NCBI GenBank assembly: GCA_028865335.1
Contig: JAGWKK010000002.1
Location: 1-43,235, forward strand
Source: Patescibacteria group bacterium
GTDB taxonomy: Bacteria; Patescibacteriota; Minisyncoccia; UBA6257; 02-FULL-45-10c
Direction: 5' to 3'
DNA: 43,235 bases
Shown piece after piece: positions 27,065-36,705 of this stretch (position 1 is the stretch's first letter; every line of letters begins with the position of its first letter). Under the pieces are notes generated by a model. The model was given only the letters and a program-made list of their open reading frames with translations. It ran no database searches and was not told where the DNA came from. A program made the position numbers and the translations under genes.

Positions 27065-27415
27065 ATGTGGAGCGCAATACTCGCTCTTCTGACTACGGTC
27101 GCGATCACGATGCTTGCAACTCTTTATATCAATGAAGGCGAGGTCTTTCTCGGAGTTCTGTACGCCGCTTTCGCCGTCACCGTTGGATGCAGTGCGCTTA
27201 CCATAGCGCGACGCGCAGGAGCCGGCCATCCCGACACCGACTTGCTGCCTCCGGGCATCTACTCCGTCCTCTCGTCGGTGAAAACAAAAAACGGGTACGC
27301 CGTTGTCACCCGCATGGATTCCGGCAACGGAAGCGTGCACATGTACCTGCTCAAGACGGATCCACCGAAGCACCTCAAGTCCACCGAGTACGGATTGATC
27401 CGGCCGTATCCGTGA
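27065..27415 (+). CDS. small 2-TM membrane protein (116 aa)
   Basis: GAGGAGG before ATG; two N-terminal TM helices; own terminator. Confidence 0.65.
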   Translation: MWSAILALLTTVAITMLATLYINEGEVFLGVLYAAFAVTVGCSALTIARRAGAGHPDTDLLPPGIYSVLSSVKTKNGYAVVTRMDSGNGSVHMYLLKTDPPKHLKSTEYGLIRPYP

Positions 27416-27426
27416 AGCGGCACACG

Positions 27427-27461
27427 TCCCCCGACAGATCGTATCGTCGGGGGATTTTTTT
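27427..27461 (+). terminator. intrinsic terminator
   Basis: TCCCCCGAC...GTCGGGGGA then TTTTTTT. Confidence 0.7.
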
Positions 27462-27538
27462 ATTGAATCAACTTCTGTCGCCTTGTGATAAATACCGACC
27501 TTCTCTATACTGAAGACAGATCCGTGAAATGAGGTTCC

Positions 27539-27889
27539 GTGGCGAAACAGGCGAACCCGTGGGAAGATCTCGCGGAAGAGGCACTGGTGGAGCTCGTTGC
27601 CGAGGGTGCACTCAAGGGATTTCTGCGCAACAGGCAGAGCGACTGGCTCGACTGCGAAGGAATCGATTTTCTCCTTTTTCTGAACAACGGGTCCTCGCTC
27701 ACCATCCAGGTGAAAAGCGCGCACGGCAATCTGAAACACAAGATAAAGGAACACCTCCGCAAGCATCCGTTTGTCAGATCGATCCTGTTCGTCCTCCTTC
27801 CGGAACAACCTGAAAACTCAGTCGAGCGGCAGAAGGCCATCGCACTGGTCAAGAAAGACATTTCGCGCCTCATCGCTCCTTACCGCTAA
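27539..27889 (+). CDS. small Mrr-cat-like PD-(D/E)XK-fold protein (116 aa, GTG start)
   Basis: DCEGIDFLLFLNNGSSLTIQVKS resembles the Mrr-type GIDG...IQ(A/C)K core; own promoter and terminator. Confidence 0.5.
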   Translation: MAKQANPWEDLAEEALVELVAEGALKGFLRNRQSDWLDCEGIDFLLFLNNGSSLTIQVKSAHGNLKHKIKEHLRKHPFVRSILFVLLPEQPENSVERQKAIALVKKDISRLIAPYR

Positions 27890-27901
27890 GGAGCTTTTTT
27901 A
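27875..27901 (+). terminator. intrinsic terminator
   Basis: GCTCCTTA-CCGC-TAAGGAGC then TTTTTT. Confidence 0.7.
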
Positions 27902-27973
27902 TTTGCTTTTATCTTTGACTGAGAAGGCGCTGCTGGTGTAGGCTCAGAACAGATCACCGACAAGAGGAAACCG

Positions 27974-28753
27974 ATGAAAGCGATCCTGCTGCTATACGAC
28001 GAGGCCGAATCCCGCATCGCCGTTGAGGCAGTGCGCGGACAGAAGGAAAAGCAGAAAGTCGATTACCGATGCACCTGCGTCCGCAATGCCACGCTGGAAA
28101 AAGCGCGGCGGTTGCTTCGCTACCTCCGTGTGCCGTGTCGGATGAAACCGGACGAGACCGCCATTCTGACCTCCACGCATTTCGTCGCGGGCTCGGACAT
28201 CCAGCGGGCGATTCACGACGCGATCAGGCGTTTCGCCGATGACGACATTCTTCTGTTCTACTCAGGCCACGGCGGAGAACAAAGTTGGGATCTGGGTGAA
28301 CGGATGAACACTCGGAAATTCGTGCTCTTCAAGGAGCTCGCAGGCATGATCGCGATGAGTGCCCGGAAGCATGTCGGAATCATCGCCGATTGCTGTCACA
28401 CACTTGCCCTTGACCGCTATCTTGCCGATCTGAGAAAACTGGACGGCCGGTATCTCCTGATCGGATCAAGCCAGGCGGATCGTGTCGGCAGCGAGAACGT
28501 CTCCCTGGCCCATCCGATATGCGACGCGTGGGAGTTCCGGCAGATGGCGGATATCCGCGTCGGGAAGATCGAGAAACTCCAACACGGAACCGTCATGGAC
28601 ATTCCGTTCAATGCTCCGTACATATCCGGCGGAAATCCCGACTGCAAATGCGGAGAGGAGATCGTCGGCGGACTGACGTATCTTCCGTATGAACGCCCTC
28701 CGCTCCGCCGCGGAAGCAACCTCGATCATCTGTTCTTTCCTCCCGAGCCCTAA
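27974..28753 (+). CDS. minimal clan-CD (caspase/legumain-like) cysteine protease fold, paralog 2 (259 aa)
   Basis: ILLFYSGHGGEQ (His99) and VGIIADCCHT (Cys140/141) with the same spacing as paralog 1; shared C-terminal L..L(M/F)FP motif. Confidence 0.65.
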   Translation: MKAILLLYDEAESRIAVEAVRGQKEKQKVDYRCTCVRNATLEKARRLLRYLRVPCRMKPDETAILTSTHFVAGSDIQRAIHDAIRRFADDDILLFYSGHGGEQSWDLGERMNTRKFVLFKELAGMIAMSARKHVGIIADCCHTLALDRYLADLRKLDGRYLLIGSSQADRVGSENVSLAHPICDAWEFRQMADIRVGKIEKLQHGTVMDIPFNAPYISGGNPDCKCGEEIVGGLTYLPYERPPLRRGSNLDHLFFPPEP

Positions 28754-28765
28754 GGGGCTCTTTTT
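28745..28765 (+). terminator. intrinsic terminator
   Basis: GAGCCC-TAAG-GGGCTC then TTTTT. Confidence 0.6.
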
Positions 28766-28832
28766 GTTTTCTTCCCGGCGCCGGTAGGCAGAGCTATGGA
28801 GAATATTATCGAAGTCCGACTTCACTATTCAG

Positions 28833-28854
28833 GTGCTATTCCATGGGATAGCAC
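28833..28854. promoter_or_regulatory. palindromic operator-like site upstream of the groES promoter
   Basis: GTGCTAT-N8-ATAGCAC; the arms resemble CIRCE half-sites but in swapped order. Confidence 0.3.
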
Positions 28855-28881
28855 ATAATCGATCATAAAAAACGTACGGCA

Positions 28882-28910
28882 TTGACGGCGTCGGACTCGT
28901 GACTTAAAAT
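28882..28910 (+). promoter_or_regulatory. groESL promoter
   Basis: TTGACG 28882-28887, 17-nt spacer, TAAAAT 28905-28910. Confidence 0.5.
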
Positions 28911-28941
28911 AACAAGGAATAAGTTACACTTAAAAAGTCAT

Positions 28942-29232
28942 ATGAACTTACAACCATTAAACGATCATATTTTTCTTGAGCCGGTCGAGGAAGTGAAAAC
29001 AACCAAGTCGGGCATCGTCCTGCCGGAAACCTCCGAAAAGGAGAAGCCGATGACGGGCATGGTCGTCGCCGTCGGTCCGGGCAAACTGGATGACGCCGGC
29101 AAACGCGTTCCGATGTCGGTGAAAGTCGGCGACAAGGTCCTGTTCAAAAAATACGGTCCTGACGAAATCGAAATGGACGGCAAGAAATATCTGGTCGGCG
29201 AAGAAAGCGACATATTGGCAATCATTCAGTAG
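28942..29232 (+). CDS. groES: co-chaperonin GroES
   Basis: LQPLNDHIFLEPVEE...GIVLPETS...GKLDDAG typical GroES. Confidence 0.97.
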   Translation: MNLQPLNDHIFLEPVEEVKTTKSGIVLPETSEKEKPMTGMVVAVGPGKLDDAGKRVPMSVKVGDKVLFKKYGPDEIEMDGKKYLVGEESDILAIIQ

Positions 29233-29322
29233 CGTTCGAGCTTTTTCAAGTTCAAATTGTTCTAGCTGAACAAGCGGTGCGATTGAACAACTACAACATT
29301 TATCATTAGAACATTTTATCTT
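29233..29322. repeat. groES-groEL spacer built from gttcta/tagaac-type words (forward half then reverse half)
   Basis: Shares tagcgttc, ttgttctagc, caactacaaca and atcattagaaca with the 37261-37332 and 37714-37777 tracts. Confidence 0.55.
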
Positions 29323-30969
<1,647 letters not shown>

Positions 30970-31046
30970 TTCACGCATCCCCGAAGCCGCGTTCTTGCGC
31001 CAATTTTCTGCGCGAAGTAGAATGTGTAATATACCTGCGCGCTTCT

Positions 31047-32525
31047 ATGCCCCGTCAAAACCCCGAATTTCTCCACAAGAAATACAGCGACCTCTCCGGA
31101 TCCAAACCGGTGGAAAAAGCCGTTCAAAAAGCCCGTCGTGAAGGAGAACCCATTCCCGACAAGAAGCTCGCCCGCATCCAGACCTATCTGGACCGCATGG
31201 AAAAGATCGTGGACAGCGAACGGGGCGGGGAACTGCTCAAACACAAACTGCGGAAAGAATTTGCATGGGATACTTCCGACCCCGACGCGATGGAGCGGGT
31301 TTCCCGCGCCCTGTACGCCTCCGAGCGGAAAATCATGCGCGAACGGGGTCAATCGGAAGAACTGCGGGAGCTGGAACGGAGAGTCTCCGAGCAGGAGCGG
31401 CTTGATTTCCTGAAGCCAGAGATTGAAGAAAAGAGCAGGGTGCAACTCAGAACCCTTGATATCTGGCTTGAGTATCTCCGCGAGAACGATGCGGAGTATG
31501 AAATGTGGTTCCGCTATTATGTCGCCCGCAATCTCCAAAAGATGGGCGCGTTCAATAAAGAAAAAGGGGAATATGCCAAGCGGACGAAAGAAACCCTCGC
31601 TCCTTTCCCCGAACTGAATGCCGAAGCGCTGGGAGATGTGAAGCGCTGGCTCACCAGCGGCATCGGCGACCAGGAATTCACCGGACCCGAAGGCCTGAAG
31701 AAAAAAGAAAAGCTCCAAAAACTCATCGCAAACGCCGACTTCGGAGGACTCTATGCGCTCGCGCAAATAGAGTCCGCGGGCAAGCTGAACCGCGAGTCCA
31801 TTGAGGGCCAATGGATCAAATATGACCAGGGATCCGATCCCCATATTCTTGAGAATGCCCTCAAAGGCAAGGGGACGGAGTGGTGCACCGCTTCAGGCGC
31901 CGCGCCCGCCCATCTCAAAGGAGGCGACTTCTATGTCTATTTCACCAAAGGACTCAAGGGGACATATACTGAACCCCGCATTGCCATCCGCATGGAGAAT
32001 GACCACGTTGCGGAAGTCCGCGGCGTCCGTCCCGGCACAACCCAGGAGCTGGAACCCGAACTGATTGATATCGCCCGTGAAAAATACCACCCTCTTCCCG
32101 GCGGAGACAACTATGACCGGAAAGCGGATGATATGAAGCGATTGACTGAGATTGAGCGAAAAAATCAAAAAGGGGAACCGCCCTCCAAAGAAGATCTCCG
32201 ATTCCTCTATGAGATTGACGGAAAGATACAAGGCTTCGGATATGGACATGACCCGAGAATCGAAGAACTCAAAAAGGGGCGAAATATCAAAAAAGACCTT
32301 TCTTTTGCGCTTGATATTCCCGAGGGGAAGATAAGCACCACGCAAGAAGAAGCCCTGAAAGGAGGCATACTCTATCACTATGGTTCCCTTAACCTTTCCA
32401 AACTCACCTCCGCCGAAGGCCTCACGCTTCCGCAGTCTGTTGGCGGCCATCTTAACCTTTCCGGCCTCACCTCCGCCGAAAAAAATACGTTAAAGAAAAA
32501 ATACCCTCATTTCAGCATCATTTAA
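31047..32525 (+). CDS. hypothetical protein (492 aa) with C-terminal LTSAEGL-type leucine-rich repeats
   Basis: Long charged helical N-terminal half, GTEWCTASG central motif, and LNLSKLTSAEGLTLPQSVGGHLNLSGLTSAE repeats. Confidence 0.7.
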   Translation: MPRQNPEFLHKKYSDLSGSKPVEKAVQKARREGEPIPDKKLARIQTYLDRMEKIVDSERGGELLKHKLRKEFAWDTSDPDAMERVSRALYASERKIMRERGQSEELRELERRVSEQERLDFLKPEIEEKSRVQLRTLDIWLEYLRENDAEYEMWFRYYVARNLQKMGAFNKEKGEYAKRTKETLAPFPELNAEALGDVKRWLTSGIGDQEFTGPEGLKKKEKLQKLIANADFGGLYALAQIESAGKLNRESIEGQWIKYDQGSDPHILENALKGKGTEWCTASGAAPAHLKGGDFYVYFTKGLKGTYTEPRIAIRMENDHVAEVRGVRPGTTQELEPELIDIAREKYHPLPGGDNYDRKADDMKRLTEIERKNQKGEPPSKEDLRFLYEIDGKIQGFGYGHDPRIEELKKGRNIKKDLSFALDIPEGKISTTQEEALKGGILYHYGSLNLSKLTSAEGLTLPQSVGGHLNLSGLTSAEKNTLKKKYPHFSII

Positions 32526-32635
32526 ATTAAGGGAATTAGTTCTTGACACAGTGGAAGAGATCTCCACGGGTTATTTGCGGAAAAAGACAAGGCCGCTCTC
32601 AAAGAGTTATACAATGGTGAAAATAAGAAGGTCTT

Positions 32636-32666
32636 AAAAATCCGCTTGCCTAGCGCGGATTTTTTA
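32636..32666 (+). terminator. intrinsic terminator
   Basis: ATCCGC-TTGCCTAG-CGCGGAT then TTTTT. Confidence 0.6.
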
Positions 32667-32720
32667 TTTTAAAATGGATGAAGTTCAAAAAATGGGGGTC
32701 ATACGACTGAAAACGAAAGA

Positions 32721-33062
32721 ATGCTCGTCGTCTTTACCCCGTTCTTAACGCTTGCTTTCGCCGGAGTCTATTTCAGTAATAAAGAGGATGAGAAAAAGCG
32801 CAATCAATGGCGGGTGATCGCTAAAGGAATCTATGACTACGCCGTATATGGCGAATACGATTATACCGTGAAGCATCGGAGCGGCGCGATGGTCCATCAC
32901 ACCAGCACAACTGTGCACGTGATGAAGGTGGCCGCGGTATATTTCTGCGATGGGCGAACCTGCGTCATGGAAGGCCGGCGCGACATGCCATTTCCGCAGG
33001 GAACCGTCGTCCACATTCTGGAAAACGGCCTCAACGAACTGAGAATTGAAGGAGCGGAATAA
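32721..33062 (+). CDS. hypothetical protein with N-terminal TM (113 aa)
   Basis: ORF followed by a strong terminator; no motif recognised. Confidence 0.55.
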   Translation: MLVVFTPFLTLAFAGVYFSNKEDEKKRNQWRVIAKGIYDYAVYGEYDYTVKHRSGAMVHHTSTTVHVMKVAAVYFCDGRTCVMEGRRDMPFPQGTVVHILENGLNELRIEGAE

Positions 33063-33066
33063 TTTA

Positions 33067-33094
33067 TTCCCGACTTGCGAGTCGGGAATTTTTA
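33067..33094 (+). terminator. intrinsic terminator
   Basis: TTCCCGACT-TGCG-AGTCGGGAA then TTTTT. Confidence 0.75.
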
Positions 33095-33111
33095 TTCTAA
33101 TTTTATAAGTA

Positions 33112-33654
33112 ATGTCCGCCAATCAAAATAAAGTTTCTAAGCGCCTGACGAAAGAAGAGTACGGCCTCTGGCTTGCGTTCTCGGCTTCCTGCCGGGCTAC
33201 CTGCCCGCGCGCGCGCGTCGGCTGCGTCCTGATCGACAAGAACGGCAACGTGGTCGCGACCGGATATAATGGATCTCTCCCGGGTGATCCGCACTGCGAT
33301 GAAGTCGGCTGTAAGATCGAAAACGGCCACTGTGTTCGCGTCAAGAATCACGCGGAGAAGAACGCGCTGAACCGCGCAAAGAGCAACGGCACCTATGACC
33401 ATCTCAAAGGCGGATCCGCATATGTCACCATCCGGCCCTGCAACAGCAGCGGGTGCTTTGACGGACTCGCCGATGCCGGCATCAAAAAAATCGTCTACCT
33501 GAAGGAATACAACGCCGATACCGTCGCCGATCATCAGAACAAGGTCTGTCTGGACATGGACATCGCCATGAAGCGATTCGATTCCGATGTGCAAAATCTG
33601 ATGGAAAAAGTAGTTGAATTTCACCAAGGCCCGGGCGGGATTCTTAGTAAGTAA
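33112..33654 (+). CDS. dCMP deaminase (CMP/dCMP-type zinc deaminase)
   Basis: HAEKNAL zinc/catalytic motif; second zinc motif present as PCNSSGC (unusual spacing). Confidence 0.8.
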   Translation: MSANQNKVSKRLTKEEYGLWLAFSASCRATCPRARVGCVLIDKNGNVVATGYNGSLPGDPHCDEVGCKIENGHCVRVKNHAEKNALNRAKSNGTYDHLKGGSAYVTIRPCNSSGCFDGLADAGIKKIVYLKEYNADTVADHQNKVCLDMDIAMKRFDSDVQNLMEKVVEFHQGPGGILSK

Positions 33655-33799
33655 TTTACGAAGTCCGACCTCGTAAAAATACCTCCACCGCTGACCTTAT
33701 AGACTTTCGTCTCTATGACCTTTGACCATCTCCATCTTATCCACACGTGGGGATAAATCATCCTTGTTCTTTGCGTACGCGGAATCTATAGTAAAGAAC

Positions 33800-35479
33800 A
33801 TGGATAAAAAAACACTGGGGTACAAGCCGGATTTTTCCGGAGAGAGTTGGACTGCGGAGGAATTGGCGATCATTGAACCGTTCGCATCCGATCCGAAAGG
33901 ACTGGTATCGGTGCTGACAAATCTGCCGCCGGAAATCACCGGTGCGCTCTGTTCGCGTGCCAGCCGCGCATCGGGCTCGCTTTTGAAGGTACTCCTGAAG
34001 GAATATCTGGATCCGATTCTGGAAGGAGAGGACCGGAAACTCGCCGGCGAACTCCGCGACACGATCGCGTTTCTGAAAAACGGAGGATTCAAGAACATCC
34101 TGAACAACCAGCGCGCACAGGCGTTCTATGCAAAGTGGCTCTCGCAGTACGGCGATGACTCCATCGCGCAGATGACCGGCACCCACATCGTGTTCTGGGG
34201 TATTTCGCAGGTGGCGATGAAATTCCTGGAAGACCGCCGCATCGGCCTGGAACCGATCGAGAAATCCACGCGCTACGTCAACTTCGGCAACAAGATCGGC
34301 GGCCGCTATCTGTATTACATCCCGAAACCCGATCTGGAAAAGCACGGCTTACTGAAGGAATACACGGAGACGATGGATCATCTGTTCGATACCTATGTGA
34401 AACTGCTACCCCCGCTCGTGGAATGGCTCAAGGCGAATTTTGATGACAAGGAATCGGTGCTGGAAAAGAAAGCATTCGATACGCTCCGCGGCCTGTTGCC
34501 GATGGCGACGCTCGGCCAGGTGGCATTCCGCGGCAACGCCCAGGCGCTGGAATATGTGATCAGTCGGACACTCAAAAGTCCAATCGGCGAACTCCGCTGG
34601 ATCGCGAACGCCATGAAGACGGAACTGGATAAGGAAATCCCGTCCCTGCTGCTGCGTCTCAACGAAGAACGCTCGCAGGAATATCAGGACTACCTCGTCA
34701 GCCGCCCGGCGCGCGTGCGCGAAGCGCTGAACGAACTGGAGAGCAAGGTCGATATCTACCGCAACGAAAAACCGGAGGTCCGCCTGGTTGATTTCGATCC
34801 GCAGGCCGAAGACAAGATCCTGACCGCCATCCTGTTCCCGGAAAGCCATGCCTCATGGGAATCAGTCGCCCGGACCGTCGCGAAGCTTTCCAACGAGGAG
34901 AAGGACAACGTATTTGAGGCCTATCTCGGCGGACGCAAAGGACGCTGGTACAAGACCGGCCGGGCGCTGGAAAATTCTTTCCTGCGGTTTGAAGTCACGA
35001 TGAACATCGGCGCCTACCGCGACCTGCAGCGTCACCGCATGATGACGCAGGAACGCCAGCGCTTCTCGACGCATCACGGCTTCGATCTGCCGCCGGAAAT
35101 CAAAGAAGCGGGGATGGAAAAGGAATTTTCCGAAGCATTGGAACGCACGCACGATCTTTTCGTGAAACTGGAAGCGCTTGATCCGGATCTCGCGCAGTAT
35201 GTCGTTCCGCTCGCATACCGCATGCGCTTCTATCAATATCAGAATATCCGCCAGGCTTTCTGGGAAAGCGAACTCCGCACTATTTCGCAAGGCCATCCCG
35301 ACTACCGCTTCATCGAGCAGGAGAAATACAAACTCGTGAAGGAGCAGTTCCCGCGCATCGCGAAATACATGCTCGTCGATATGCAGAACTACGCCATCGC
35401 CCGCCGCAACACCGAAGAGCGCATCGCGGCGAAGGAAAGGGATCTCGTCGAGAAACTGAAGAAACGCAACCAATCCTAG
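33800..35479 (+). CDS. thyX: FAD-dependent thymidylate synthase ThyX, long form (559 aa)
   Basis: ThyX signature region LQRHRMMTQERQRFS; context with dCMP deaminase and glyA; ATG 33800 preferred. Confidence 0.75.
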   Translation: MDKKTLGYKPDFSGESWTAEELAIIEPFASDPKGLVSVLTNLPPEITGALCSRASRASGSLLKVLLKEYLDPILEGEDRKLAGELRDTIAFLKNGGFKNILNNQRAQAFYAKWLSQYGDDSIAQMTGTHIVFWGISQVAMKFLEDRRIGLEPIEKSTRYVNFGNKIGGRYLYYIPKPDLEKHGLLKEYTETMDHLFDTYVKLLPPLVEWLKANFDDKESVLEKKAFDTLRGLLPMATLGQVAFRGNAQALEYVISRTLKSPIGELRWIANAMKTELDKEIPSLLLRLNEERSQEYQDYLVSRPARVREALNELESKVDIYRNEKPEVRLVDFDPQAEDKILTAILFPESHASWESVARTVAKLSNEEKDNVFEAYLGGRKGRWYKTGRALENSFLRFEVTMNIGAYRDLQRHRMMTQERQRFSTHHGFDLPPEIKEAGMEKEFSEALERTHDLFVKLEALDPDLAQYVVPLAYRMRFYQYQNIRQAFWESELRTISQGHPDYRFIEQEKYKLVKEQFPRIAKYMLVDMQNYAIARRNTEERIAAKERDLVEKLKKRNQS

Positions 35480-35480
35480 T

Positions 35481-36653
35481 ATGAAAGACGCCCAGATCAA
35501 AAAATTCATCGCCGAGGAAAAAGCGCGGCAGAAGAAAGTCATCAACCTGATCGCTTCGGAGAATTTCGTTTCTCCGGATGTGCTGGAAGCGCTCGGTTCC
35601 GAACTGACGAACAAATACGCGGAAGGATATCCGGGCAAGCGGTATTACGGCGGAAACACGGTCACGGACAAAGTGGAAACCCTGTGCCGCGAACGCGCGC
35701 TCAAACTCTTCGGCCTGTCGCCTGAGAAGTGGCATGTGAACGTCCAGCCGCTGTCCGGCTCTCCGGCAAACGTCGCAGTCTACACCGCGCTCGTTCCGCA
35801 GGGCGGGAAAATCATGGGCATGTCGCTCGATCAGGGCGGTCACCTGACGCACGGCCACAAAGTTTCCGCAACCGGCAGATTCTGGCAGCAAGTTCCGTAT
35901 GGCGTGGACCGCAAGACCGAAACACTCAATTACGCGACGCTCAAAGCGCTCGCCGCAAAAGAGAAGCCGAATATCATCGTCGCCGGCTTTACCGCCTATC
36001 CGCGCGTCATCGACTTCAAGAAATTCCGCGACATCGCCGATGCGGCGGGAGCGTACCTGATGGTGGACATGTCCCACATCGCCGGACTCGTCGCCGGCAA
36101 AGCGTATCCGTCGCCGTTTCCGTATGCCGACATCGTCACCAGCACCGTGCATAAAACGCTCCGCGGGCCGCGCAGCGCGATGATTTTCGTCCGCAAAGAC
36201 GAACGGGGATTGGATAAGCTGATTGACAAAGCCGTATTCCCGGGACTGCAGGGCGGCCCCCACATGAATCAGATTGCGGCCGTCGCCGTCGCGCTGAAAG
36301 AAGCGGCAACTCCGGCTTTCCGAAAATATGCCGCGCAAGTGGTAAAGAACGCGCACGCTTTCGCCGATGAACTCACCAAGCTCGGCTGGCGCATCATTTC
36401 AGGCGGTACCGACAGCCATCTGATCCTGATGGACACCTGGATGAACGGCAAAGGCATTCCCGGAAAGGAGGCGAGTGACCGGCTGGAAAAAGCGGGGATC
36501 ATCGTCAATAAGAATGCGATTCCGTTTGATACGCGCTCACCGTTCGATCCGTCAGGCATCCGAATCGGCACCGCAGCGGAAACAACCCACAGCTTCAAAG
36601 AAAAGGATTTCCGTAAACTCGCGCACCGCATGGACTCGGTCCTGCGAAAATAA
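35481..36653 (+). CDS. glyA: serine hydroxymethyltransferase
   Basis: PLP-lysine motif TSTVHKTLRGPR; NLIASENF; GYPGKRYYGG. Confidence 0.97.
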   Translation: MKDAQIKKFIAEEKARQKKVINLIASENFVSPDVLEALGSELTNKYAEGYPGKRYYGGNTVTDKVETLCRERALKLFGLSPEKWHVNVQPLSGSPANVAVYTALVPQGGKIMGMSLDQGGHLTHGHKVSATGRFWQQVPYGVDRKTETLNYATLKALAAKEKPNIIVAGFTAYPRVIDFKKFRDIADAAGAYLMVDMSHIAGLVAGKAYPSPFPYADIVTSTVHKTLRGPRSAMIFVRKDERGLDKLIDKAVFPGLQGGPHMNQIAAVAVALKEAATPAFRKYAAQVVKNAHAFADELTKLGWRIISGGTDSHLILMDTWMNGKGIPGKEASDRLEKAGIIVNKNAIPFDTRSPFDPSGIRIGTAAETTHSFKEKDFRKLAHRMDSVLRK

Positions 36654-36705
36654 CAGCCTTGGTGCTGCAACTTTTCAAACGCCGGGAGCGTAGTATACTA
36701 GTGAT

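Noticed and set aside
26996-27808. 270-aa minus-strand ORF
   Set aside because: It overlaps two plus-strand small genes that each have an SD or GTG context, a consensus promoter and an intrinsic terminator. No such signals support the minus ORF.
28833-28854. Canonical CIRCE/HrcA operator
   Set aside because: The half-sites are in swapped order, with an 8-nt spacer, and the site lies upstream of -35. It is kept only as a low-confidence palindrome.
35310-36356. 348-aa minus-strand ORF (also 34862..35638, 3212..4123, 6728..7558, 9416..10021)
   Set aside because: All are shadow ORFs opposite strongly recognisable genes: glyA, thyX, the pseudouridine synthase, atpA and atpD.
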